This document shows positions 14,101-26,176 of a stretch of DNA of 64,000 nucleotides, in pieces (positions within the stretch are counted from its first letter, which is position 1; each line of letters opens with the position of its first letter). The notes under the pieces were generated by a model that saw only the letters and a program-made list of their open reading frames with translations, was not told the origin of the DNA and did no database searches. This DNA is from Narcine bancroftii (lineage: Eukaryota), in NCBI RefSeq assembly GCF_036971445.1, contig NC_091476.1, positions 3,658,001 through 3,722,000 on the forward strand, read 5' to 3'. Both the position numbers and the translations under genes were made by a program.

Positions 14101-17100
14101 TTCTTTACATTTGCAGAGATTGCAAGAGTTATAGTTTCTTTACAGAATAATAAATCCCCTGGTGATGATGGATTTACATCAGAATTTTATAAAGAATTTT
14201 AAGATGTGCTGATTCGTGTGTTTATGAAAGTTTTAATGCAATTGGAAGAAATTGGAAGATTACCTGAATCTTTCAAGACAGCAATTACAACAGTAATTAC
14301 AAAAAAAAGTAAAGATCCATTAATGCCATCATCTTATAGACCGATATTGTAATTGAATATGGATTATAAGATAGTTGCTAAATTTAAAAAAATGCTAGAA
14401 AATTTCTTACCGAAATTAATCAACAAGGACCAAACGGAATTTATATTTAAAAAAAAGATAGATAATGTAACTAGGTTGATTAGTTTAATTCATCTAGCCC
14501 AAAAGCAAGAAAATACAAGTGTTGCAGTTGCTCTCAATGCAGAAAAGGCATTTGATAGAGTAGAGTGGGATTTTCTTTTAAGACTCTTGTTAAATTTGGT
14601 TTAGGGCATACATTTATAAACTGGGTAAAAGCATTGCAATATTGATCCAAGAACAGAGTTGTAACAAATCGGTTTATGTCTGACTGTATTAAATTAACAA
14701 GATCAATAAGATAGGGATACCCATTATCGCCAGCTCTTTTTGTATTAGTGATTGAACCACTAGCTGAACTTATTAGAACAGATTTAGATATTAAGGGTAT
14801 TAATGAACATAAAATTAGTTTATTTGCAGATAATGTGATTATCTATTTGACAGATCCAATAAATTCATTAAATAAATTATATATGCATCTAGAACAATAT
14901 GGGGTAGTTTCAGGATATAAAATTAATTGGGACAAAAGTGAAATTATGCCTTTGACTTCGGGTGATTATGCTCAATGTAGACAAAATATGAAATTTAAAT
15001 GGACGGACAGTGGGATAAAATATTCGGAAATTTGAATTGATAATCATGTAAAAAATCTTTTTAAACTTAACTTTGGGAGATTGTTTAATAAAAATTATTA
15101 TTTAAAAAAAGGGTGATTTACCAATAACACTAATTGGCTGAGTAAACTGTATTAAAATGAATATTTTTCCATGAGTGCAATATTTATTCCAATAATTACC
15201 TATTGATATTCCTAAAAAGTTCTTCAAGCATCTAAATAAAATTATGTAAAATTTTTATGTGAAGTTAAAGTGTCGAGGATTTCTATGGAAAAATTAATGT
15301 GGAGATTAGAATTGGGAGGTTTACAACTTCCAAATTTTGAATATTGTTATAAAGCAGCCCAGTTAAAATTTCTTTCTTCCTTTTTTGAGGGGAGAGAAAA
15401 AGTGGCTCGGGTAACTATAGAAATGAATAAGATAGGTGAAAAAGAATCATTGGAATTTTTATATAAATGGAATGAGACATTATTAATGGGAGAAATAGAA
15501 ACAGTAATATTAAATCCAAATATAAAAAAGTTTATATCTGTGATGCATTTATTACTTTTAAGTGGGGTAAAGAAGAAAGATTTATATAAATCGAAACAAA
15601 GGTAGGAAAAAGATTTGGATATAGATATAACTGATAGAAATTGGATACAAATATGAAAGAATGAAAAATACAATAAATGTCAAATATAGAATAGTACAGT
15701 ATAATTTTAATACATCAGTTATATTTCACACCACAAAAGCTCAATAGATTGAATTCAGACATTTAGGATAAGTATTTTTGATTTAAACAAGATATAGGTA
15801 CTTTTTTTTTTTTACATTCTACATGGACAGGTCCCAAATTGAACTCTTTTTTTTGGACCAATTTAATAGATTTTTTTCAACGTGTAATGGGTGTAACAGT
15901 CCCGAGAAATCCTATGCTATTTCTTTTGGGGGATATTTCACTGATTAATCCAGATTTAAAGTTGGATTGGTTTCAAAAGAAATTTTTTAAAATTGCACTA
16001 GCTGTTTCATGGAAATTGGACACGGACTTAGTATTAGATATGGTGAAATATGAAGTTGTATAGACTTGGAAAAAAATTATGTATAATCTAAAGAATAAAT
16101 ATGATAATTTTTTGAGAAATTGGTTTCCATATATGCAAAAGATTGGTGTTATAACTTTATGAATATTTATATTAAGCTAATTGATGGACTATGGTTTGAG
16201 TTTTGTCAATCCCCGGCCTCACCTCATTTTAACTTCTTATTTTATTATTGTTAGATGCTTCATATGTATCTTTTTTTATATATTAGATTTTGATCAAGTA
16301 TTATATACTATACAGTAGTGTTTCAGTTCATCATATATTTTATATTCAGTGGATATATTCACAGTTGAAGAGGTTAACATAATTAGGTCATAATTTAGTG
16401 ATAAGATCTTATCCAGTTATTGTTTTACAATTAATCCATTTTGTTTTCTCTTCCTTTTTTGTTCTCTTTTTTTTCTTTCTTTGGGGGTTTTTCTGTGTGG
16501 GAGGGAGGGAGAAAAATGATCAAATTTTGATTTATAGTTATTTGGCTATTATGTACTTTTTATGTGCTAATAAAATAATTTAAAAAAAATTAAAACATAA
16601 GACTCTCAGATATTACAATAAATTAATCAGCTTTTTTCCTTCTGTAATAAAAAAATATAAGCTCAATTTTCCTATCAAAAACTTTGATATAAGCTTTTAC
16701 TCTTTGGATAATGAATAATTCAGAACACTTCATGTATCATTTGTTGAATTTTGATCTCAGGAGCAGTACAGTGCATCTTCTCTGTAATTACAAGATGATC
16801 AAGGAACCCTGCAAGGTACATTGATGCTTCAAAACAATGGATCATTGGACCTACTATACACAAACTCAGCACTGCAGCAAAGAGTTCATCTAGACTTTGT
16901 ACCCAAATCACTTGATTAGTATTCAAACAATCTTCTAAATTTCAAAGGGGAGATGTTAACCTCTGAGCCAGGGAAGAAAAACAGATTGAAGAAACTTTCA
17001 TGAATTTGGCACAGTAAATCGCTTCCCCATAATTGATTGAAATACTATTTTAAAAGTGTATACTTTAATAAATTTAGCACAATCATACCAAAGTCCTAAG

Positions 17101-20100
17101 AATTGGTATTTCTATTCTCCAGAGAAAAAGTTCATATTTTAATACCTTGCAGTTAGCCATGATGACTGTTTAGAGTTAGACAATAATTACTAGCAACTAC
17201 AGAATACTTTGTTGTACCCACCTCTTAAGATTAATATATAATGAAAGTTGCCTGGTTAAAAAAAATCTAATAAACCATGGTAACTAATATCTGCAATGAT
17301 AAAATCTCATTGAGTTCCAAGGTTAAAACCAGAAACATCAAATTTAACTAGTAGGATCATGGAAGCGTGGCCATGTGAAGGACTTAGACGTGTTTTGATT
17401 GAGGTCTCTGTTAAGAGTATCAAAAAGATGGTTAAAATTTTAAAATTAAGAAATTTTCACTTGAAAAAATGGACAAAATAAGTACTAAGAAACCAAAGCC
17501 AAGAACAAAAAAAATGAATGTTTCATATTCAGCCAGGAATATGGAGTGAAAGCCCAAAATGACACAGCGCAAGAGGCTTTGGACCAGCAGAGCTGGGGAG
17601 TCGAGACAAGAAATAAATATTATCCTGGAGAAAATGGAAAACTTGAGCAACCAATTTGTTGGCATTGAAAATATAATGAGAAACCTCACTAAAAGGATGA
17701 CTGAAATTAAAGAAATAATTAAAGACCATGGAGAGAATGATCCAAGCAGAAGTAGATTCCCTATGTGATTCCCTCATGCACTCATTCCTCCCCACCCATC
17801 ATATCTCTGGCACCTTCCTCTGTGCCAGCAGGAGGTGCAACACTTGCAGGCACACCTTCTCCCTCACCATGGTCTGTGGCCCCAAACAGGCCTTTCACGT
17901 AAAGCAACACTTCACCTGAACATTCAGAGTATTTATTTAATGCATCTGGTGCACCCTATGTAGCATTCTCTACATCGGAGAGCCTGGCAGTAGACTGGGA
18001 GATCGCTTCGCTCAGCACCTCCCCTCTGTTTGTAACCACAGTGACCTCCCAGTGGCCAACCATTTCAATTCTGGGTCACACTCCCACGTTCACATGTCCG
18101 TCCATGGCCTTATGTACTGTCCCACCCTGACCACTCACAGATTGGAGGAACAACACCTTATTTTCCGTCTAGCCAAATGGCATGAACATTCACTGCTTTC
18201 CATTAAACCTGCTCACCTTTTCTTCCTCCTCTCTCATTTCCTGTCTTTCCAGTTCTTTCACCTACACAGCCCTGCCTTCCCCCCCACTCAGTGCTGCTGT
18301 CCCCTCCCTGCCTTCTTAACCTATCATCTCATGCCCCTCTCACTTTTATTAGGACACTCACCAGCATTTTCTCATTCTTTGATGAAGGGCTCAAGCTCAA
18401 AATGTCAGTTATGTATCTCTGCCTTTACCACATAAAGGACACTGTCTGACCTGTTGAGTCTCTCCAGCATTGTGTATTTTTACTTCAACCACGGTGTCCA
18501 TAGAATTCTGTTTTATCACAGTTTACACCCTGACCGAAAAGAGGGTTGGTGCGAGAACACAGCCTTGCCACATTGACCACCACCAGTGGCTAATCTCGCC
18601 TCAAACCGTGCATCTTGGTGCCTCACAGTTCAGCAGGCAGCAACCTCCTTTGAAGAAGACCGCAGAGCCCACCTCACTGACAAAAGACAAAGGAGGAAAA
18701 ACCCAACACCCAACCCACCAATTTTCCCTTGCGACCGCTACAACCGTGTCTGCCTGTCCTGCATCGGACTTGTCAGCCACAAACGAGCCTGCAGCTGACG
18801 TGGACATTTACCCCTCCATAAATCTTCGTCTGCGAAGCCAAGCCAGACACCCTGACCATCTAGTGGAGTCGTGAAAGCACAAACAAATCAGTAAAAAAAA
18901 ACTGGTTTACAACAAATATTTAAGTTTATAGAAATAAAGTAGGGAGTCCATACCATCACTGAAATGTACATTGTCCATGCCATCTTCAATAGTTCCTGCT
19001 TTTGCATCCTTTTTCTTGCCTTTCTTTTTTGGAATTTTCTGAAATGGGGCAAATTCTACAATAGCAGGGTATTCCTGACCTATTGGCAGGAAGAGAGAAA
19101 GGAAGAAAACATGTAGGAAATGAGGAAAAGGTTTAACTATTAAAAGCAGATCAGATTAAAGTTTTAGCAAAATACAAACTTAAGATGCCTGAAGCTTAAC
19201 AATCACAATGGAAGTTGTTAGGGAAAATATTTCAATTTAGAATAAACAGTCTTAAAAGCCACTTACTTCTTCCATGAATAAAATAATATTCATCAACTTA
19301 GAAGCGCAGGAAAAGTGGATTTCACACATGAACTAATTTCAAAAGCTAAAAGTGATTAAAATTAAGCATCAAAGAGGTAAATCATTTCAAAAAGGTAAAT
19401 CAGTAACACGACAGTTTGGATGGATGTCTATTTATTTGGAGTGAACTATGATTTGTTACATGTTCCAAATTCACAGCCAGAGATATAGTAAAATAAAATT
19501 CAAGAGAAACATAATATGGTTTTAACTTTTCTCCTTGTTTACCAATATAGCCCCCAAAGCACCTCTCCTTTCAATGAAATATATCTTTCTGTCTTCAGGT
19601 AGTACTGCAAAGAGAAGCTTTCAAAAGTATATTCCCATGAATGGGAAGGAAGAAGGATGAATCAGGTTCACGTGAAAATGATTAATAATGAAATGACCAT
19701 TCAATAACAAATGACAATGGATGCAAATTGTAGAAAACAAGCAAGGTGCTACCAATAATTGTTAAAGACACAATACCTTTGGGGTCAATGAAAACATAGC
19801 CATCAAATTGATCTCTGAAGAGAACAATATCTTCCTGGTTTTTGAAGTTGATGTAGGCTCTAGAAAATATATGGGGAAACAAACTGTAGAGAAAAAAAAA
19901 TTGTGTGTAAGAAATCATTTGAAAAGGTGCATTTGACCCAAATTCTTTCGTGGAAACAAACAGTGTTGGGGCCCTATCATTTTACATTTAAATATAAATG
20001 ATTTGGATGAGATCAACTGCAATACCTATATCCAAGCTTGCTGCTAATACATGACATCCTTGGCTGTGAGTGAGATGCAGAGGCTTTATGGGATTATAGA

Positions 20101-23100
20101 CAAGTGAATGATCAGATGGAATACAACATGGGATCATGCAACATCATATATTTTACTGGAAGAAGTAAAAAGGAGCATCATTTTACATTGCAAAAGATTG
20201 AAGAAAGTTGATGTTTAGAGGGCTTTGGGCATATGTATATAAATGGATCAAAGCAAGAAATCAGGAAGGCAAATGATACCTTGGCTTTTATCCCAAGAGG
20301 ATGCATGTGCAAGGGTACAGAGGTCGTGCTTTAAGTAATATTGTGTGCAAGTCTTGTCACTGTCCTAAAGTTTATATTTACAATTGAAGGAGTGCAATGA
20401 AAGTTAACCAGTGATTTCTGATGTGGTAGATTTGAAGGATAGTGCTAGATTACTGTATTTTTACATATATAACATGTGCATTATATGCGTATTTTACAAA
20501 CCAGGTACAACTCCCCCCCCCCAAGCTTTATAGGCATGTGCACACTATACGAGACTATTTTTACAAATTGAAAGAATGCGCACAATTTATAGCTGGCATG
20601 GAAAAGTCGAACCGACAATTTATAGCAGCCTTGGGAATACAATAGTGGCATTGAAAGAACACACGCAATTTATAGCGGCCGTGGGAAAAACGTGCCAGCA
20701 ATTTATAGTGAGTGTGGGAAGTTATACCGAGCATGGGAATATAATAGTGGCATTGTAAGAATGCACACAATTTATAGCAGGCATGGGAAATTTTGATCTT
20801 GGGTATATCTCTTTGTATTTAATACCACGGTATTCCTATAAACAGGACATTCTGGCAGGGCATTGTACCTAATCAATGTTAATTGCCCAGACCCGTCCCT
20901 GAGGGAGGAGATTAACATATCAAGTGCCTCTGATTTGAGGCAACATTAGAATTAAAATCTGCTCAACTCTGAAGCCTGACTTTTATCTATTTAATAGATT
21001 CCTCTCCAAAGCCTGTTAATATGTTGTAGCAGTATATCATCTATAAAATGAGCAATTGACACCTCTGGGGGAAGCTGATTGGTTGTTAATTGTGAGAGAT
21101 CAACTGTGGCAGGTACTGGTATGTGCTTTGTCTCAGGACTTATTTAAATACAAATTGCTTTTGTTTGCTGGAATTTAGAATAGACCCGCGTAGTATATGC
21201 ATTTGCACGTTATACAAAAATAATTTCACACAATTTATGATTTTCTGTGCATTATACGAGTGAAAATACGGTAAGCAGACTAGACATGCATCTTTAGTAT
21301 TTATAAAAATGAGAAGCGATTTCAGAAATATTCAAAGCTCTTGTGACATAGCTCCTACAAAGTAAATAGTGCTTCCCATATCTGGGATGTCTCAAACCAG
21401 GGTTCAGAGTGTCAAAACAAAGAGATGGCCATTGCAGAGAGTCAGCTGCCATGTATAGCCAGGGTAAATTCATGGAACTTGCAGGTCAGTGCAAGAAAAA
21501 ATGCAGCAGACACAAAGGCCCAAGCAGCAATTCTTATTTCTGCCTCTCATGTTATATTTAAAAGTCTGTCAGCAAAATACATAATTTTAACAACCTGTAC
21601 AGCAGAAAAATCTCTTCATTATAGCCACTCAAATTTGCAATTTAGAAATTCAATCTGACTCAATTAGAAACAAGGACTCTAAAAGCCAATACAAAAGGCC
21701 GAGATTTATTGAGATTACCATCAAGATAATAAATATTGGTTGGAATTCCCCCAACATGTTCTCCAAAGCAATTCATATTACACTCCATGAAATGAGTATT
21801 TAAGAAAATCCTAGACATGGAGGTCATCAAAAACACCCCAAATAATCCAGCAATGGCTCTCCATAAATAATTACAACCGCAGAGCGAGAGATCCGCCGCA
21901 GAGCGAGAGATCCGCCGCAGAGCGAGAGATCCGCCGCAGAGCGAGAGATCCGCCGCAGAGCGAGAGATCCGCCGCAGAGCGAGAGATCCGCCGCAGAGCG
22001 AGAGATCCGCCGCAGAGCGAGAGATCCGCCGCAGAGCGAGAGATCCGCCGCAGAGCGAGAGATCCGCCGCAGAGCGAGAGATCCGCCGCAGAGCGAGAGA
22101 TCCGCCGCAGAGCGAGAGATCCGCCGCAGAGCGAGAGATCCGCCGCAGAGCGAGAGATCCGCCGCAGAGCGAGAGATCCGCCGCAGAGCGAGAGATCCGC
22201 CGCAGAGCGAGAGATCCGCCGCAGAGCGAGAGATCCGCCGCAGAGCGAGAGATCCGCCGCAGAGCGAGAGATCCGCCGCAGAGCGAGAGATCCGCCGCAG
22301 AGCGAGAGATCCGCCGCAGAGCGAGAGATCCGCCGCAGAGCGAGAGATCCGCCGCAGAGCGAGAGATCCGCCGCAGAGCGAGAGATCCGCCGCAGAGCGA
22401 GAGATCCGCCGCAGAGCGAGAGATCCGCCGCAGAGCGAGAGATCCGCCGCAGAGCGAGAGATCCGCCGCAGAGCGAGAGATCCGCCGCAGAGCGAGAGAT
22501 CCGCCGCAGAGCGAGAGATCCGCCGCAGAGCGAGAGATCCGCCGCAGAGCGAGAGATCCGCCGCAGAGCGAGAGATCCGCCGCAGAGCGAGAGATCCGCC
22601 GCAGAGCGAGAGATCCGCCGCAGAGCGAGAGATCCGCCGCAGAGCGAGAGATCCGCCGCAGAGCGAGAGATCCAACCATCAGCGTGATGCACTATTCAAA
22701 GATCGTTGCTGAAGAGTGACCCAGTAATCTGAAAGATTTCATTCCAGTTAAAAACAAATTTGACCTCAGATTTTTGATGTTATTTCTGCCAGTCAGAACC
22801 CCAAATTGCTCTGCAGCCTGTCAATATTGTGTAATTAAATTCTGTATCTCAAAATTGTTGCAACTAACAACACTGAGTATATAACATTTGCACTTGACAA
22901 ATGACATAGAAAATCAAGGAGAAAAAAAACAGCTGGAAAACTAAAATAAAACTGGGAAATACTGAAGATACTCAGCAAGTCAGTGAACATGTGTGGAAAG
23001 AGAAACAGTACACCATTTTAGGGGAATCAGGTTAAGCCCATCAACACAAAGACTTTAAGAAAAATCACAAAAAGAACAAGCTCCTAATTTTTAACGTAAG

Positions 23101-26100
23101 TGGTAAGACGGCCTGTGTATTTTTTTTAACTAATGCAATTCTGTTGTAGTAATCACTCACCTTGAATTTGTCGAAAAAAACTCAAAGTAATCATGTTCAG
23201 GTAATGGGGCAAGTTGCTCCTCCAATTGTTCTTTTGTCAAACTAGGGGGTAAACGACGGATCACCACCTGATTGGAAAGGAGAATTAGAATCAGTAACTT
23301 ACCTATAACTGTTTGTTACAGCAATTTATAAAATAGGTTTATATTCTGGAATGGGCCAATCCATTTTCAAGCAACTAAACAGTTCACTCACAAAATCAAG
23401 TATCCATTGTGGAGAGAATGGAGAGCACCAGATTCCTTGGAGTTCATTTAACTAGTGACCTATCATGGACACACAACATCTCCTCACTTGTCAGGAAGTT
23501 ACAACAACGACTGCACTTCCTAAGAACTGGGCAAGGCTATCGGCCATCACCATGTCAACCTTCTACAGATGCTCTATCAAGAGCACCCTGGCTGGCTGCA
23601 GAGAAATGGATCAGAGGTCAATACACAGGACCATAAGAGTGGCAGAGAGGATCACTGGAGTCTCCCTCCCCCCATCAAAGGGATCTACTGGGATTGTTGT
23701 CCGAAGGTGTGCAAAATCATTGAGGACCCTTTCCATCCTGCACACAGCATCTTTCAGCTGCTCCTGTCAGGGAAGAGATACAGCCAGCACCATCAGGCTG
23801 CTGAACGTTTCTTCCCTCGAGGAGTGAGAGTGCTAAACAACCAAAGGAACTGCTCATACCAACCATCTGAGACTCTCGTATTTACAAAACTATATTTATT
23901 TATATACATGAATACTTGCCCAGCATATATATAGTTTGTCCGAATGTGTGTTATGTCTAGTTGTGTGGCTGCAAGTTTTGAACCGAGGACTGCATAACAC
24001 TGTTTTCTCGGGTTGTACTTCTGCAATCAGATGACAATAAACTTGCCACGACACTTTTGGAACAGATGATCTGAAGGCATAGAGACTACAGAGGCTGGAA
24101 TCCAGAGCAAAAAAAACAAGTTGGTGGAGGAACTCATTGAGATGATCCGAAGATCCTATTCAAGTGGAGAATAATCAATGGATCACTTAGAGAAAAGTTT
24201 TTTTTAGTTACTGAAGAGTTAATGTCACCATCAAGTGCAATTAAACTTTGCAAAATGTCTCCTGTAACATTACTTTTAGTTTAAATGCAAACATAATATT
24301 ATGAGATTCATTCAAGTGCAGTTGAAATCCATTTACAATTTACAGGTTTCAACATAAAATCAGTGAATAAAGAGGAGATAAATATAGAGTAATGACACAG
24401 GAGGTTTCCACTTCAATGTGTGGAAAAAAAATACCAAGCCACATCCAGGTAAAGTTCAGTGCAGCTGTGGGTGCTCAGGAACCAGTGTGCTTGCCCTGTC
24501 TCCTTCACAATATATCAATTATTTGAATGAGGGAACATCCCTAAATTTTCTGAGCACACAGGGCTGGGAGTGTGGGGAGGGAAAGAATACAAGCTGAGTG
24601 GAGGATGTGTAAAAATTTGCCCGCAATGCAAACTCATGTGTGAATAAAGAACACAGCAGAGAACCACAGAACCAGTGTTAAAACACAGCTTATTATTTAT
24701 ACTGCAGTAATGTTGGCAGGAGACATTGACTCTTCTCTAATGCTGGGTCCTTCTCAAAGTTTACTCAGGACAAGGTCGACATCTAGTGAATAAGATCAAT
24801 GGCCACGTGTGGTTTCACGTGTTCTCAGATTGAGAATTAATTGGGAACAGCTTTCACCTTTGTTCATGGGATTGGAATGTCTTGTCGTTACCTTGATCGC
24901 TCGACGGTAAGTGCTCACTCCCAAAACTTTTTCTCACAGATGTGGAGTGTGACAATCCCTACTCCCTCATGGATAAGATAAACTTTACAACTGATTTATG
25001 AGACAGCCTTTCTGGGGAAATGAAGACCATAATTACTTCTTTCGAAGAAAAAAAACAAATTCAACTACATTTGCTATCCCATAATCCTTTGCATTGCATG
25101 TTGGCTAACTTTTACAGCAAGAGTCGCAAAATTCTTTACAATGCCACAAGATAATGTTAAATCGTCCACAAATTTTAACAGATGTAAATACCAATGTGAT
25201 TTAGACAAGTTAGGTGAGTGGGCAAGTGCAAGGAAGAACTTAACATGCAAAATTAGGAGGATTCACTTTAGTTCAAGAAAACAAAGATTACCTGAATAGT
25301 GATAGAGACCTGGATGGCCTCATAAACTAGTCGCTAAGAGCAAGCATTCAGATGCAGTAAATAGTCAGGAAAGAAAAAAAATGCTAAACTTCATTACAAG
25401 AGGATTTGAGTAGAGGTGGAGGAAGGAGGTTTTGCTCCAACTGTGCAAGTCCTTTGTGAGACCCATCTGGAGTGTTGTGTACATTTTAGACCTTCTTACC
25501 TGAGGAAGAACCATACTGATTCTTGGGATGACAGAACTGACAAACAAGGAAAGATTGGGTAGGCGAGGTGCATGTTCATTAGAGTAAAGAATAAAAGAGG
25601 CAGAATCTCATAAACCTACAAAATTCTACCAGAACCAGATACAGAGAAAATTGTTTTCCACGAGAGTCCAGAACAAGGAATCACACTTTCAAGATTCAGA
25701 AGACACCTGAGAGAAGTTAAAATCTGGAGCAAAGAAACATCTGTTGGAGGAACTCAATAGGTTGAGCAGGAGTGGAATAAAGGAAGACTGGGGCAAGCAC
25801 GTCAAAGCAACTGGAATGAAGACAGACCAACATCTCTACTTTTTAAGGAGTCTTTTGAATTCAACATGTCTCCAATTCTGTAGCTTCTGCAGGTGCACTC
25901 ATCTGGTTACATCACAGTCTGGCTTAGAACCCCAAGTGCCCAGGACCATACAGTGCACCTGCACAGGAACAAATAGCCACTACAATAACACTGTGATCAC
26001 CCGGCCACCACATAGATACACGGATAACATGGCGTGACCGTGACCCGGCCTGTTGCTGCACAAACCTTAGTCAACGCCTCTTTCTTCTCCTTCTTCTCGC

Positions 26101-26176
26101 TCCTCTCTGTCCGCTCCTCGTACTTCACCTCCGCCCTCTTGTCGCGGGGCTTGGTGTTCTCCTTGTCTTCCTTCAT
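4854..26176 (-). CDS. UPF3B: Regulator of nonsense transcripts 3B, spliced gene span (3' terminal exon not found in window)
   Basis: Nine in-phase exons: 26066-26176, 23161-23267, 19777-19883, 18981(or 18954)-19079, 11689-11802, 9144-9187, 8864-9055, 8616-8776, 4854-5157. RRM-like VVIRRLPP...RAYINFK...FDGYVF, GQEYPAIVEFAPFQK, TTPLLD, KKERIRNK. UPF3B rather than UPF3A from the MKEDKE N-terminus and NDUFA1/AKAP14/NKAP synteny. Confidence 0.95.
5995..7775 (-). mobile_element. Old LINE-1 ORF2 RT fragment (different subfamily), interrupted by a MITE
   Basis: ISLDVEKAFDRV, VSLYADDLLLF, FSGYQLN, GCINSIKMIILPK. Confidence 0.85.
7242..7540. mobile_element. Probable PIF/Harbinger-like MITE inside the L1 fragment
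   Basis: Breaks the L1 frame; end CCAGTAGAAAAGGGGCTA; repeated internal TTCCACTGG motifs; left TIR not clean. Confidence 0.45.
7776..7935 (-). mobile_element. CR1 LINE ORF2 N-terminal (endonuclease start) fragment
   Basis: LKYIYFNARSIVGKAD. Confidence 0.65.
8192..8330. repeat. Inverted repeat / fold-back hairpin
   Basis: 8192-8220 is the exact reverse complement of 8302-8330 (29 bp); inner stems 8229-8239/8294-8304 and 8255-8267/8285-8297. Confidence 0.9.
8616..8776 (-). CDS. UPF3B: UPF3B exon 8
   Basis: gtag|LLKKPEKGDDSSLEKPKDKLKKLERE...DDKGK|gtacgt; 161 nt. Confidence 0.92.
8864..9055 (-). CDS. UPF3B: UPF3B exon 7
   Basis: ccag|RIREEKREERRRRELEKRRLREEERRKWRE...KDEPKIK|gtacac; 192 nt. 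Confidence 0.94.
9144..9187 (-). CDS. UPF3B: UPF3B exon 6
   Basis: acag|AIKTTPLLDYVKTKQ|gtaaag; 44 nt. Confidence 0.93.
9505..10280 (+). mobile_element. CR1 LINE 3' fragment
   Basis: DLHQLGRWIMEWQMEFNLGKC and a CR1 3' tail ending GAAGGGCCT...ATGACTCTA. Confidence 0.85.
10343..10668. mobile_element. Possible Tigger/pogo-like MITE
   Basis: Right end GTAAGTTGGGGAGTAC resembles a Tigger TIR; internal GCGCATG and CAAGATGGC motifs; left end unclear. Confidence 0.4.
11689..11802 (-). CDS. UPF3B: UPF3B exon 5
   Basis: ccag|DPEYKKFLESYNNVDDEKNSNNPETLLEEIEAKTKELA|gtaaaa; 114 nt. Confidence 0.95.
11870..16595 (+). mobile_element. Degraded near-full-length LINE-1 in UPF3B intron 4, antisense to the gene
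   Basis: ORF1 C-terminus (LWKKGYTFILPYPATLKV), EN (YSRIDTFLLS), RT (ALNAEKAFDRVEW, SLFADNV, SGYKINWDKS); AATAAA and A-tail near 16569-16595; many stops. Confidence 0.9.
17360..17745 (+). mobile_element. Probable L1 5'UTR/ORF1 N-terminal fragment
   Basis: Lys-rich start followed by coiled-coil-like ILEKMENLSNQFVGIENIMRNLTKRMTEIKE; tentative. Confidence 0.45.
17746..18495 (+). mobile_element. Penelope-like element 3' fragment (GIY-YIG endonuclease plus pLTR tail)
   Basis: C..RRCNTC, LYIGE...RLGDRFAQHL, VANHFN...H, RLEEQHLIFRL; tail TTGATGAAGGGCTC...CCTGTTGAGTCTCTCCAGCA. Confidence 0.85.
18525..18845 (+). mobile_element. RTE-clade LINE 3' end
   Basis: IFPCDRYNRVCLSCIGLVSHKRAC zinc-finger-like C-terminus; GAAGCCAAGCCA tail. 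Confidence 0.75.
18954..19079 (-). CDS. UPF3B: UPF3B exon 4 (ends at 18981 with a GC donor or 18954 with a GT donor)
   Basis: tag|GQEYPAIVEFAPFQKIPKKKGKKKDAKAGTIED; two phase-1 donors 27 nt apart. Confidence 0.9.
19777..19883 (-). CDS. UPF3B: UPF3B exon 3
   Basis: tacag|LFPHIFSRAYINFKNQEDIVLFRDQFDGYVFIDPK|gtattg; 107 nt. Confidence 0.96.
20451..21273. mobile_element. Tc1/mariner(pogo)-type non-autonomous DNA transposon inserted in a CR1 remnant
   Basis: TIRs TACTGTATTTTTAC... / ...GTGAAAATACGGTA with TA ends; internal repeats of CAATTTATAG (about 20584-20778). Confidence 0.7.
21877..22673. repeat. Perfect 19-bp minisatellite (CCGCAGAGCGAGAGATCCG) x about 42
   Basis: 797 bp = 41 full units + 18 nt; no mismatches seen; produces the 19-aa periodic ORFs in the track. 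Confidence 0.97.
23161..23267 (-). CDS. UPF3B: UPF3B exon 2
   Basis: cag|VVIRRLPPSLTKEQLEEQLAPLPEHDYFEFFSTNS|gtgagt; 107 nt. Confidence 0.96.
23405..24045 (+). mobile_element. Rex1/Babar(L2-like) LINE 3' fragment
   Basis: FLGVHLTSDLSWTHNISSLVRKLQQRLHFLR, IIEDPFHPAHSIFQLLLSGKRY; tail GACAATAAACTTG. Confidence 0.75.
25185..25700 (+). mobile_element. Decayed CR1 LINE fragment
   Basis: GATTTAGACAAGTTAGGTGAGTGGGCA and GTGAGACCCATCTGGAGT motifs. Confidence 0.6.
26066..26176 (-). CDS. UPF3B: UPF3B coding exon 1
   Basis: ATG at 26176; MKEDKENTKPRDKRAEVKYEERTERSEKKEKKEALTK; donor AAG|GTTTGT, phase 0. Confidence 0.93.

Noticed and set aside
21660-22692. Three long overlapping ORFs (273-339 aa) or a CRISPR-like array
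   Set aside because: The ORFs arise from a stop-free 19-bp unit; there are no spacers and no cas genes, and the context is a vertebrate intron.
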